Shown here piece after piece: positions 19,011 to 28,284 of a stretch of DNA of 64,000 bases. The notes under the pieces were generated by a model. It had not been told where the DNA came from, ran no database searches, and saw only the letters and a program-made list of their open reading frames with translations. The position numbers were made by a program, and so were the translations under genes. This DNA is from a virus, in the IMG/VR virus record IMGVR_UViG_3300049740_000832. The stretch is one strand, 5' to 3'. Every line of letters begins with the position of its first letter. Position 1 is the stretch's first letter.

Positions 19011-20662
19011 TGCATGGATTGATGTTTGGCGGCTTTCGAGTTGGCATGATGAAAAGCATGTTCCAAAAAAGCAAAAAAGAAAGAACAGCAGACAGGACAA
19101 GTAGTAAATTTGGAAATGCATACGCAGGGATACAATCTATCCCCGATTTTTATCGAGCATTTGGCGCACATAGAGTCGCGACATATCTAAGAAAACAAGG
19201 GTGGGATATAGAATGTCTTGATTACATGTATCATTTTTCTGATGAAGAACTTCGTGAATATGTGGATAAAAGAATAACAAAAGATACTGTATTCATTGGC
19301 GTCAGTGTCATCTTCCAATTAGATAGAGATTCTGCCTCACAGTTTGTAAGACTCATGGAATATATTCGAAAGAAATGGCCGTGGGTAAAATTTGTTGCGG
19401 GTGGAGTAAAATCATATTGTATTACCTGTTTGCCTGGCGTAGATTATTATATCGCTGGAAACGGTGAATATGCGATGGACGCACTTTTAGGTCATTTGAC
19501 AGCAGGGAAAGAAAAACCTATAGTAAAAAAATCTGAGACTGGATTAGAGATTATTGATGGATATGATGATTATGCATGTTACCCTAAACGAGATGCTGCG
19601 ATATCTTATGAGGATAGAGACTTTATCAAACCTAATGAAATGTTAAATATTGAATTAGGTCGTGGATGTCGTTTTGCATGTAAGTATTGTTCATACCCCC
19701 TCATTGGATTAAAGGGTAATCAGATGCGTGATGGTGATAGTGTCCACGATGAACTGTTAGAAAATTATGAACGTTGGGGAGTAAAGAACTACTATATTAC
19801 AGATGATACAGTAAATGACAGTAAACAAAAAATGAAGATGGTAGGTGATGCAGTAAGAAGACTTCCATTTCAAACACAACTTCATGGATACGCACGAGCA
19901 GACTTATTGATTCGTCACGGTAAAGAAACGTGGGATGACATGATTGCTGCGGGTTATACATCACACAGTTATGGTGTTGAATCATTTAATTATGAGTCAG
20001 CAAAGGTCATGGGAAAGGGAATGCCGCCCGAAGAGACAAAAGAAGGATTACTTGAGGCCGAAGAGTATTTTAACAAAAACTCTCCATACTTTTACACGGG
20101 TTCTATGACTATGATTGCGGGACTACCATTCGAGACATTTGAAACATTAGATGCAACGAAAGATTGGTTGAATAAGTATTGGTCTAATCACACTGTCTCG
20201 TATCTACCCTTATTTTTGCAACAGGACGATGGTAGTATTATTGATGAGATAGATAACACTATAACGAAAAATTTTATAGATTACGGTTACACTTTTTCAA
20301 GTGATATCACAATATTGAATCCTATTCATCGCGAATTATATAAAAACACTATCATGAGTAGAGACGGATTGAATCCTGAGAAAAAACGAATGTTTAATTA
20401 TTGGATTCATCCTAGTGGTGACTATGACTGGTTTGACGCTTTAGAATGGGTAGAAGATTTTTTAGCTGAAAAATATATGAGACTTGGGCACGACCCTACA
20501 TATTGTTTTCAGGGTCAACCCGTAGCAATGAAAGAATATGAAACACCTGAGAATTTCAAACACTATTACAAAGCAGATTCATGGCGATACAAACTAGATG
20601 AAATAGAGACGATGATGGAATTTCTTAATAACTACAAAAAGGAAAAGTTATCTTACATATAA
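19010..20662 (+). CDS. B12-binding-domain radical SAM protein
   Basis: GRGCRFACKYC (CxxxCxxC), N-terminal cobalamin-binding-like region (AGG..., GNGE), DD, GVESF, GLPFET. Confidence 0.85.
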   Translation: MHGLMFGGFRVGMMKSMFQKSKKERTADRTSSKFGNAYAGIQSIPDFYRAFGAHRVATYLRKQGWDIECLDYMYHFSDEELREYVDKRITKDTVFIGVSVIFQLDRDSASQFVRLMEYIRKKWPWVKFVAGGVKSYCITCLPGVDYYIAGNGEYAMDALLGHLTAGKEKPIVKKSETGLEIIDGYDDYACYPKRDAAISYEDRDFIKPNEMLNIELGRGCRFACKYCSYPLIGLKGNQMRDGDSVHDELLENYERWGVKNYYITDDTVNDSKQKMKMVGDAVRRLPFQTQLHGYARADLLIRHGKETWDDMIAAGYTSHSYGVESFNYESAKVMGKGMPPEETKEGLLEAEEYFNKNSPYFYTGSMTMIAGLPFETFETLDATKDWLNKYWSNHTVSYLPLFLQQDDGSIIDEIDNTITKNFIDYGYTFSSDITILNPIHRELYKNTIMSRDGLNPEKKRMFNYWIHPSGDYDWFDALEWVEDFLAEKYMRLGHDPTYCFQGQPVAMKEYETPENFKHYYKADSWRYKLDEIETMMEFLNNYKKEKLSYI

Positions 20663-20665
20663 ATA
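20658..20665 (+). promoter_or_regulatory. Late promoter TATAAATA
   Basis: Exact consensus upstream of 20691. Confidence 0.75.
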
Positions 20666-20690
20666 GTTATGTAAAACGTAAGGATATACT

Positions 20691-21176
20691 ATGGATATAA
20701 ACGAAGAACAATACGAAATCAGACAATTCAAACTCGCATCAGGTGAAGAGGTTGTGTGTGAGATTATTCAATGGCACAATGAAGAAGAACTTGAGATTGT
20801 GGTTAGGAAACCCATGAAACTTGTTATGGGTGAAATGGCTGAAACAGGTGTTCGATATTATTCATTCCGGCCGTGGATGGTATATCAAGAGAATCCAGAA
20901 GACTTGATTGTCTTGAATGGCCATCATGTCATTGGTATTGGATTTCCACCAAAAACTCTCATCGCACAATATGATGAGGCAGTTGATGAGATGGCGCAGA
21001 TGAATAAACAAAGAGAAATTGAGTATGAGGAAGCGCACCCCACTTCTAAAGATATTGAAAATATCACAAAGAAAGTAAAAGCATCTGCGAAAGGTATTGA
21101 AGATTATTTAACACTGTTGAAGAATGATAGTGATTTTAGTAATGTAATTCAGTTTGACCCTAAGAAGGTTCATTAG
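20691..21176 (+). CDS. Conserved T4-like hypothetical protein (Sm-like, KLASGEEV)
   Basis: FKLASGEEVVCEI...RPWM motif, typical of the gene upstream of gp55. Confidence 0.65.
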   Translation: MDINEEQYEIRQFKLASGEEVVCEIIQWHNEEELEIVVRKPMKLVMGEMAETGVRYYSFRPWMVYQENPEDLIVLNGHHVIGIGFPPKTLIAQYDEAVDEMAQMNKQREIEYEEAHPTSKDIENITKKVKASAKGIEDYLTLLKNDSDFSNVIQFDPKKVH

Positions 21177-21207
21177 GAGTATTCAACCCTCCCCAAAAGG
21201 CAGCTTA

Positions 21208-21236
21208 AGTATAACATGAATTACAACTTTTGTCAA
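21208..21236 (-). promoter_or_regulatory. Antisense sigma70-like promoter
   Basis: Minus strand TTGACA-N17-TATACT. Confidence 0.65.
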
Positions 21237-21249
21237 GCATTATTTTTAG

Positions 21250-21278
21250 TTGACATGAGAAAAAAAATGTAGTATAAT
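21250..21278 (+). promoter_or_regulatory. Sigma70-like promoter (gp55)
   Basis: Perfect TTGACA-N17-TATAAT. Confidence 0.85.
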
Positions 21279-21301
21279 ATGAATTAAATCTGGAGAATAT
21301 T

Positions 21302-21901
21302 ATGACAAAAGTAAAACCAAAAGATAAACCACATTATGTAAATAATGCACAGTTTTCACAGGCAGTAGTAGACTATGTTACTCTGTTGGATAAAGAACGT
21401 AAATCGGGAAATAATAATCTACCCAAAGTTCCTGACTATATCGCGGAATGTTTTCTCAAAATCTGTGAGGGATTGTCGCACAAATCAAACTTTGTTCGAT
21501 ACACATATCGCGAAGAGATGGTGATGGATGCGGTAGAGAATTGTCTCAAGGCGATTGAGAATTATAATCTAGAGGCAGCGACACGCACGGGTAAACCAAA
21601 TGCGTTTGCATACTTTACACAGATTTCATGGTTTGCATTTTTACGCCGTATTGAAAAAGAAAAGAAACAACAGGATATTAAGATGAAGTATATCAATCAA
21701 TCTGGTATTGAGAACTTCCTCGACAATGAACTGGGTGATGAACAATCAGCCTCAGTCGCACAGGCATTTGTTGACCAACTTCGTATTCGGATTGATGAGG
21801 TCAAAGAGAAAGACTCTGAGTGGAAAGATATTGTTAAAAAGGAACGTAAGAGACGCACAGTCAAAGCGGATTCTGATTTAAGTAATTTTATTGTTGACTA
21901 A
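21302..21901 (+). CDS. gp55: Late-transcription sigma factor (gp55)
   Basis: HYVNN, YIAECFLKI, NF..YTYREEM, NAFAYFTQI...AFLRRI.KEKKQ. Confidence 0.96.
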   Translation: MTKVKPKDKPHYVNNAQFSQAVVDYVTLLDKERKSGNNNLPKVPDYIAECFLKICEGLSHKSNFVRYTYREEMVMDAVENCLKAIENYNLEAATRTGKPNAFAYFTQISWFAFLRRIEKEKKQQDIKMKYINQSGIENFLDNELGDEQSASVAQAFVDQLRIRIDEVKEKDSEWKDIVKKERKRRTVKADSDLSNFIVD

Positions 21902-21928
21902 TATTGTCAAGTTTGGTATAATAGGAAA

Positions 21929-22093
21929 ATGAAAAATCTATCCTATCACGGGAAGACCCTTGAACAAGCGCAATGGGTTCTCGATTACTTCGGGACACCA
22001 GAGAAACGCGAGTTGTATAAGGACAACCTGTCTTTTCAACAGTGGTTGGAAGATTGTCAGACGATAGTGGATGCAAGGAGATTAGACTATTAA
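21929..22093 (+). CDS. Small hypothetical protein
   Basis: 54 aa ORF read manually after TTGACT...TATAAT and AGGA. Confidence 0.55.
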   Translation: MKNLSYHGKTLEQAQWVLDYFGTPEKRELYKDNLSFQQWLEDCQTIVDARRLDY

Positions 22094-22227
22094 TGGATAA
22101 AAAAGAAAAAGTGGCGCATCGCAAGTTGCGTAAAAAAGCGATTAAAATGCAGAACGTGAGTTCTGTAAGATTGAGTATGGCAGAGGCATTGAAGAGAGTC
22201 GCAAATGAAGATAGCAATCCTAAATGA
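22093..22227 (+). CDS. Small basic hypothetical protein
   Basis: MDKKEKVAHRKLRKK...; TAATG coupled. Confidence 0.55.
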   Translation: MDKKEKVAHRKLRKKAIKMQNVSSVRLSMAEALKRVANEDSNPK

Positions 22228-23263
22228 TACCCATGCGGGTATTCGCAACTCCTCTGACATCTTTATGGATTACCAAGAACGCTTCTACAGTGAGGTGTTC
22301 TTTCCACATTTGTTAGAGAAAGACATCAAACACATTTTACATTTGGGTGATTATTACGACAATCGTAAGACTGTAAACTTCAAAGCACTATCACACAATC
22401 GTAAAATCTTTCTTGAACCTATGCGTAAACATGGTATCACTATGGATATTATTCCAGGCAATCATGACGTATACTACAAGAATACAAACGAACTGAATTC
22501 ACTTAAAGAGTTGCAAGGACACTATATGAATGAGGTCAACCTTGTTCTTGAACCAAGTGTATTAAATTATGATGGTGTAAAGGTCGCACTCATTCCGTGG
22601 ATTAATCAGGAGAATGAGGAAGACACTCTAAAGTTTCTGTCAAAATGTAAAGCAGATATTGTAGGCGCTCACTTGGAACTGCAAGGGTTTGAAATGCAGA
22701 AGGGTATGCCATGTCAAGATGGTATGGACAAGAAACACTTTGACCGTTTTGAAATGGTTTTATCTGGTCACTTCCATGCAAAGTCATCACAGGGTAATAT
22801 CCACTATCTGGGAAGTCAGATGGAGTTCTTCTGGAATGACTGTAACGATGCAAAGTATTTTCACACATTTGATACGGAAACAAGAGAACTTGAATCGATT
22901 CGTAATCCTATCACAATATTTGAAAAGATTTATTATGACCATGAGAATATGAACAAGTTCAAAGACCTATCATATCTTGATAATAAGTTTGTCAAATTGA
23001 TTGTGGTCAATAAGGGTGACCCGTATGAGTTTGAACGTTTTGTTGACCGTGTGCAGGCGCAGAAGATTCATGAACTAAAAATCGCAGAGGACTTCAAGGA
23101 GTTCATTGGTGAGAATGTTGAGGATGAAAATATATCTGTAGAGGATACACAGACGTTAGTATTCAACTATATAGATGCTGTCAATACTGATTTGGATAGA
23201 GACCGAATCAAGAAAGAAGTATCTGACCTTATGAAAGAAGCACAAAGCATGGAGATTGTATAG
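22205..23263 (+). CDS. gp47: Recombination endonuclease subunit (gp47, Mre11-like)
   Basis: DTHAG, LGDYYD, GNHD, GHFH phosphoesterase motifs. Confidence 0.96.
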   Translation: MKIAILNDTHAGIRNSSDIFMDYQERFYSEVFFPHLLEKDIKHILHLGDYYDNRKTVNFKALSHNRKIFLEPMRKHGITMDIIPGNHDVYYKNTNELNSLKELQGHYMNEVNLVLEPSVLNYDGVKVALIPWINQENEEDTLKFLSKCKADIVGAHLELQGFEMQKGMPCQDGMDKKHFDRFEMVLSGHFHAKSSQGNIHYLGSQMEFFWNDCNDAKYFHTFDTETRELESIRNPITIFEKIYYDHENMNKFKDLSYLDNKFVKLIVVNKGDPYEFERFVDRVQAQKIHELKIAEDFKEFIGENVEDENISVEDTQTLVFNYIDAVNTDLDRDRIKKEVSDLMKEAQSMEIV

Positions 23264-23419
23264 ATGGGTCTGGGATTTAGTGATGGGTTCAAACCACCCG
23301 AAGGATTTTGGGAACACTATTGTCACATTGAAAACGATATCATCGGAACTGAAATTGGTTATGAGTGTAACTGGTGTGGGATGACGGAAGAAAAAAACAA
23401 ATCGCTTGACAACTCCTAA
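23264..23419 (+). CDS. Small putative Zn-binding protein
   Basis: 51 aa with HYC...CNWC; read manually. Confidence 0.55.
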   Translation: MGLGFSDGFKPPEGFWEHYCHIENDIIGTEIGYECNWCGMTEEKNKSLDNS

Positions 23420-23440
23420 CCAGTGTGATATTATAACTAA

Positions 23441-25162
23441 ATGATTAACTTTGAAAAATTAAGATTCAAAAACTTTTTGTCAACAGGTAATAACCTTACT
23501 GAGATTGACTTTGATGTGTCACCTACCACTTTGGTAGTGGGACATAATGGTGCGGGTAAATCGACTATGTTGGATGCTTTGTCATTCGGTCTATTTGGTA
23601 AACCTCATCGTAAAATTTCTAAACCTCAACTCGTCAACAGTATTAATCAAAAGGGTCTGTTGGTCGAAGTGGAGTTTAGAATTGGTTCACAGAAGTATAA
23701 GGTTGTCCGTGGTATCAAACCTAACAAGTTTGAAATCTGGGTCAATGGAAATATGGTGAATCAAAATTCTCATGCACGAGAATATCAACTCATGCTTGAG
23801 AATAATATTATCAAGTTGAACCATAAGTCCTTTCATCAAATCGTGGTTCTTGGGTCTTCATCCTTTGTGCCGTTCATGCAACTTACCTCTCAAGCGAGGC
23901 GTGAAGTGATTGAAGACTTACTTGATATCAATGTGTTCAGTAAGATGAACGGATTGTTAAAGGAACGAATGTCTATCCTGAAAGACCAGATTGGTGATAA
24001 CGGTCACAAGTTGAGTATTGTCGAGACTAAAATTAATTCGCAGAAGAAATATCTTCGTGACTTGAGTTCAATAACTGCCCAGCAGAAGAAAGAAAAACTC
24101 GACACCATCAAATCTTTACAGGAAGACATTCGTGTCCTGAACGAGAAGAACGAGGAAATGACAAATGATATCACGGAGAAGTCCCCCTGTGTCATCGAGG
24201 GAACAGCTAAGGTATCTTCGGACATTACCTCTCTTGACAAATACATGGCGCAGTTCAAGACCCAACAGAAAGAAGTTGTCAAACAGGCAAAGTTCTTTGA
24301 GGATAATGATATCTGTCCGACCTGTTCACAAGAGATTGATGATAAAACCAAGAACTATCATCTTGACAGGTGCAAGACCAAAGCAGGGACTATCAAGAAT
24401 GCACTCGACATGGGTGACCTACAGAGAAAAGAATTTCTGGGGAAACAAGAAGCCCTCCAAGTCCAGATGGATTGCCTACGGGAATGGCAATCAAAGGTTA
24501 ACGCTAATAATCAAGAGATTAGGGCAATCAATCGGACAATCGATGGAATTAACGATGAACTGGTCAATCTCAACGAGGAAACTGGCGACCTCACAGAAGC
24601 GAACACTGAACTCGAAAACCTTCGCGTAGAGAAAGAAGGTCTGCAAGATGATAAGTATCGATTAAACGAACAGAATTCATATCATCGCATCAGTGCAGAG
24701 TTGTTGAAGGATACTGGTATCAAGACCAAGATTATCAAACAGTATCTACCTGTCATCAATAATCTGACCAATCAGTATCTACAGACTTTGGACTTCTTCG
24801 TTCACTTTGATTTGGATGAAAGTTTCACCGAAACAATTCGGTCACGACATCGTGACGCATTCTCCTATGACTCATTCAGTGAGGGAGAGAAACAACGTAT
24901 CGACTTATCGTTACTATTTACTTGGAGACAGATTGCCAAGATGAAGAATAGTGTTGCAACAAATCTTCTTATTCTTGACGAGACCTTTGACTCATCCCTT
25001 GATGAAGAGGGTATCGAGAACCTGATGAAGATTATCGCAAGTCTGGGTGAGGACACAAATGTGTTTGTCATCTCTCACAAATCTGAACTGGAAGACGCAG
25101 CATTCCAACGCAGACTGGAGTTCGTGAAAGAAAAGAACTTCTCCAAGTTAAAAGCTGCTTGA
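23441..25162 (+). CDS. gp46: Recombination ATPase subunit (gp46, Rad50-like)
   Basis: GHNGAGKS, CPTC hook, FSEGEKQRIDL, LILDE, ISH. Confidence 0.97.
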   Translation: MINFEKLRFKNFLSTGNNLTEIDFDVSPTTLVVGHNGAGKSTMLDALSFGLFGKPHRKISKPQLVNSINQKGLLVEVEFRIGSQKYKVVRGIKPNKFEIWVNGNMVNQNSHAREYQLMLENNIIKLNHKSFHQIVVLGSSSFVPFMQLTSQARREVIEDLLDINVFSKMNGLLKERMSILKDQIGDNGHKLSIVETKINSQKKYLRDLSSITAQQKKEKLDTIKSLQEDIRVLNEKNEEMTNDITEKSPCVIEGTAKVSSDITSLDKYMAQFKTQQKEVVKQAKFFEDNDICPTCSQEIDDKTKNYHLDRCKTKAGTIKNALDMGDLQRKEFLGKQEALQVQMDCLREWQSKVNANNQEIRAINRTIDGINDELVNLNEETGDLTEANTELENLRVEKEGLQDDKYRLNEQNSYHRISAELLKDTGIKTKIIKQYLPVINNLTNQYLQTLDFFVHFDLDESFTETIRSRHRDAFSYDSFSEGEKQRIDLSLLFTWRQIAKMKNSVATNLLILDETFDSSLDEEGIENLMKIIASLGEDTNVFVISHKSELEDAAFQRRLEFVKEKNFSKLKAA

Positions 25163-25217
25163 CAATCCTATCAGGATGTAGTATAATACACTTTATAAAT
25201 TAGAAAAGGAATTTATT

Positions 25218-25895
25218 ATGGAACTAACAGATACCACGTTGCAAGTATTGAAGAACTATGCAACAATCAATCCTAATATCGTAATCACAGAAGGTAGCGT
25301 TATCAAGACTATTTCAGTCGCTCGTAATGTTCTATCTACTGCACAACTCAATGAAGAGTTTCCGCAAGGTTTTGGAATCTATGACTTGAATGAGTTTCTG
25401 AATGTTCTATCATTGGTTGACTCTCCTCGTCTTTCATTTGAAAAAGACTATGTTGTAGTCGGTGACTCTACTGGTCGTTCCTCTGTGAAGTATTTTTTCT
25501 CTGACCCAGAGATGTTGACATCACCTGGCAAGGATATCAATATGCCAGAACCAGAGGTTAAGTTTACCCTAGATACTGATACGTTGGGTAAAGTCAAACG
25601 TGCGGCCGCTGCATTGGGTCATGAAGAGATTTCTATTACCCCAACAACTGGTGCAATCCGTTTGTCTGTTGTAGACAGTAAGGATGCAACATCTAATGCA
25701 TTCTCTATCGAGGTAGAGGGTGACTATCCAGAAGGGGTTGACTTCAACTTTATTCTGAATGTTGGTAATGTGAAAGTTGTCAACGAAGACTTTGAGGTTG
25801 GGATTTCCTCTAAATTAATCTCACAATTTACGAGTAAACAATCTGCGATTGAATACTTTATTGCACTTGAAAAATCATCAACTTACGGAGCATAA
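25218..25895 (+). CDS. gp45: Sliding clamp (gp45)
   Basis: LKNYATIN, FGIYDLNEFL, YFIALE; preceded by TTGACA-N17-TATAAT. Confidence 0.95.
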   Translation: MELTDTTLQVLKNYATINPNIVITEGSVIKTISVARNVLSTAQLNEEFPQGFGIYDLNEFLNVLSLVDSPRLSFEKDYVVVGDSTGRSSVKYFFSDPEMLTSPGKDINMPEPEVKFTLDTDTLGKVKRAAAALGHEEISITPTTGAIRLSVVDSKDATSNAFSIEVEGDYPEGVDFNFILNVGNVKVVNEDFEVGISSKLISQFTSKQSAIEYFIALEKSSTYGA

Positions 25896-26116
25896 TGATG
25901 GCAAAAGCACAGAAAGACAATACTGCAATTTATGAACTAGGCAATCGCGTTTCTCGTTCAACCGTTGCGGTTATTGATACAGTAGTTCAACGAGGCGGTT
26001 TCAAAGGTGAGGAGCTCTCTACCATTGGTCAACTTCGCGACCAAGCAGTTCAAATTATCCAAATCTGCGAAGAGTATCAATCTGAACAAGGTGTCGAAGA
26101 AGATACCAAAGAGTAA
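25895..26116 (+). CDS. Conserved hypothetical protein
   Basis: 73 aa; IDTVVQRGGFKGEEL motif. Confidence 0.75.
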   Translation: MMAKAQKDNTAIYELGNRVSRSTVAVIDTVVQRGGFKGEELSTIGQLRDQAVQIIQICEEYQSEQGVEEDTKE

Positions 26117-26186
26117 GTCTGGCGTCCTCCTTTCCGCCGACTTGGGGTGGGGTGTGCGTCTCCTTTCCGCGCATCCCACCTTTTTC
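26115..26186 (+). ncRNA. Candidate cuckoo-like small RNA: two hairpins with anti-SD loops, ending in a terminator
   Basis: AAGTCTGGCG-TCCTCCTTTC-CGCCGACTT and GGTGGGGTGTGCG-TCTCCTTTC-CGCGCATCCCACC-TTTTT. Confidence 0.65.
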
Positions 26187-26215
26187 TTGACATATCACCT
26201 CTGATGTGATATACT
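26187..26215 (+). promoter_or_regulatory. Sigma70-like promoter (gp44)
   Basis: TTGACA-N17-TATACT. Confidence 0.8.
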
Positions 26216-26237
26216 TATTTTTTATTATGGAGAATGT

Positions 26238-27176
26238 ATGAGTAATGAATTTCTGTGGGTTGAGAAGTATCGACCTCAAACTATTCAAGAAACAATCCTA
26301 CCAGATGACCTGAAAGAAACCTTTCAGAAGATTATTGACTCTGGTGAGATACCCAACATGTTATTCACGGGGACTGCGGGTCTGGGTAAGACCACAGTTG
26401 CTCGTGCAATCTGTAACGAACTGGGTCTGGACTATATTGTAATCAATGGTTCAGAAGAAGGTAACATCGACACCCTGCGTGGTAAGATTAAACAGTTCGC
26501 ATCGTCTGTCTCTCTATCAGGTGGATACAAAGTTGTCATCCTTGACGAGGCAGACTACCTCAATCCTCAATCTACACAACCCGCCCTGCGTGGGTTCATC
26601 GAAGAGTTCTCACAGAACTGTCGGTTCATTCTGACATGTAACTTCAAGAACCGTGTCATCGAACCCCTACACTCACGGTGCGGTGTGTATGAGTTCAATG
26701 TGAAGACCAACAAAGACCGTGCGACTCTGGGACAACAGTTCTTTCAACGGTGTCGTGACATCCTTCGTAAAGAAGAGATTGAGTTCAATAGTAAGACCGT
26801 TGCCAATCTGGTAATGAAACACTTCCCTGATTTTCGTAGGGGTCTGAACGAACTGCAACGGGGTAGTATCGGTGGTAGTATCACTACTGATATCATCGTT
26901 GAGGACAACAGTAAATATACTGACCTATATAAAAACTTGAAGGAAAAAGACTTCAAAAAAATGCGTCAGTGGGTCGTGAATAATATCGACCTTGAACCCG
27001 CATCAATCTTCCGTGGTGTATATGACAGTGTGGAAGGTAATGTCAAACCAGAGAGTGTGCCGCAACTTATTCTTATTCTTGCTGATTATCAATACAAGAA
27101 TGCGTTTGTTGCAGACCACGAACTGAATTTAGTAGCGTGTCTTACAGAATGTATGGCAAATGTGGAGTATGTGTAA
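26238..27176 (+). CDS. gp44: Clamp loader large subunit (gp44)
   Basis: WVEKYRP, GTAGLGKT, DEAD, SRC. Confidence 0.97.
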   Translation: MSNEFLWVEKYRPQTIQETILPDDLKETFQKIIDSGEIPNMLFTGTAGLGKTTVARAICNELGLDYIVINGSEEGNIDTLRGKIKQFASSVSLSGGYKVVILDEADYLNPQSTQPALRGFIEEFSQNCRFILTCNFKNRVIEPLHSRCGVYEFNVKTNKDRATLGQQFFQRCRDILRKEEIEFNSKTVANLVMKHFPDFRRGLNELQRGSIGGSITTDIIVEDNSKYTDLYKNLKEKDFKKMRQWVVNNIDLEPASIFRGVYDSVEGNVKPESVPQLILILADYQYKNAFVADHELNLVACLTECMANVEYV

Positions 27177-27311
27177 ATGAATAAAGAATTTATTATATTT
27201 TGGTTAATCTTCTTCGGTCTCGGAGTCATTTCGATATGGAATGGTTAGTATTATTCCTAGTTATTAGTATCTATCTTGCCGTATATTGGGACTCCAATCA
27301 CAGAGATTGAG

Positions 27312-27467
27312 ATGGTTGCTGAAGAGATAGAACAAAGATGGGTAATAGACCGACAAGGAAAGAAACTTTTTCTCTTGAGATATTACTCTGAACATAATAT
27401 ATACGCTTACGTCAACGATGGCGCTGGGTATGGTTTTATCAAAGAGGATGCAATCAATGAGATATAA
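27312..27467 (+). CDS. Small hypothetical protein
   Basis: ORF track 27276..27467; ATG 27312 likely. Confidence 0.45.
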   Translation: MVAEEIEQRWVIDRQGKKLFLLRYYSEHNIYAYVNDGAGYGFIKEDAINEI

Positions 27468-27657
27468 AACTTGGGAAAAAGTAATGGCTCGGTCTCTCGA
27501 TTACTATATCGGGAGAACTGATGAGGATGAACCAAAAGTTCCTGTCCTAACAATGCGGCAGGCGAAGCGAGGATTATATATAAAGATAGTGCTTCAATTA
27601 GTCAATTGGTTGACTTGTTTCTTTATCATCGCGGGCGTAATCAGACATTGGGGGTAA
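27457..27657 (+). CDS. Small membrane protein
   Basis: MRYKTWEKV...; C-terminal TM helix followed by IRHW. Confidence 0.6.
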   Translation: MRYKTWEKVMARSLDYYIGRTDEDEPKVPVLTMRQAKRGLYIKIVLQLVNWLTCFFIIAGVIRHWG

Positions 27658-27659
27658 AC

Positions 27660-27869
27660 ATGAAATATGTTAAAATTGGCGATAACGACCACATTCCAGA
27701 AGAACGAAGTTGGTATTACGATGACCACGGTAATCGTTTAGATAAACAAACTAACCAAGTTGTGGTTCTTGTTCCTACACTAAAAAACGACATAGAACGA
27801 GACCCTATGGTTCTTGTCAATGTCGAAGGAGAATGGATTCCTAAACAAATGGAGTTTGAGTTTGGATAA
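27660..27869 (+). CDS. Hypothetical protein
   Basis: MKYVKIGDNDH...; GGGG RBS. Confidence 0.6.
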   Translation: MKYVKIGDNDHIPEERSWYYDDHGNRLDKQTNQVVVLVPTLKNDIERDPMVLVNVEGEWIPKQMEFEFG

Positions 27870-28284
27870 GTGGGATAAAGCGCATATGACAACAGCGAGT
27901 GTCTATGCAAAACTGTCATCAGCACAACGAATGCAAGTTGGTGCTATCCTTGTAAAAGATAATCGAATTATTTCTATTGGGTATAATGGTATGCCTTCGG
28001 GTTGGACTAACAATTGTGAAACAACAGATGAGTATGGAAATAATCTAAAAACGAAAGAAGAGGTATTACATGCAGAGACGAATGCTATTGCAAAGGTCGC
28101 GCAATCTAATGAATCAGCGAAGGCGTCTACTCTATACACAACATGCGCCCCATGTATCCACTGTGCAAAACTCATCTACCAAGCCGGCATATCAAGAGTT
28201 GTATACGGACACGGATATCGAGACAACAAAGGATTGACTTTCCTCAAACAATGTGATATACTACTTGAACAACTGGAGATTTAG
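27814..28284 (+). CDS. cd: dCMP deaminase
   Basis: VGAILVKD.RIISIGYNG, HAETNAI, PCIHC. Exact start uncertain. Confidence 0.88.
   Translation: MSMSKENGFLNKWSLSLDKWDKAHMTTASVYAKLSSAQRMQVGAILVKDNRIISIGYNGMPSGWTNNCETTDEYGNNLKTKEEVLHAETNAIAKVAQSNESAKASTLYTTCAPCIHCAKLIYQAGISRVVYGHGYRDNKGLTFLKQCDILLEQLEI

Noticed and set aside
21894-21910. TTGAC-TAATATT-GTCAA palindrome as a second divergent promoter
   Set aside because: No acceptable -10 on the minus strand at 17 bp spacing; only the + strand promoter is supported.
27814-28284. Deaminase as a TadA-like editor of tRNA-Gly(ACC)
   Set aside because: The GYNG motif and context with thyX fit dCMP deaminase; nothing links it to the tRNA.
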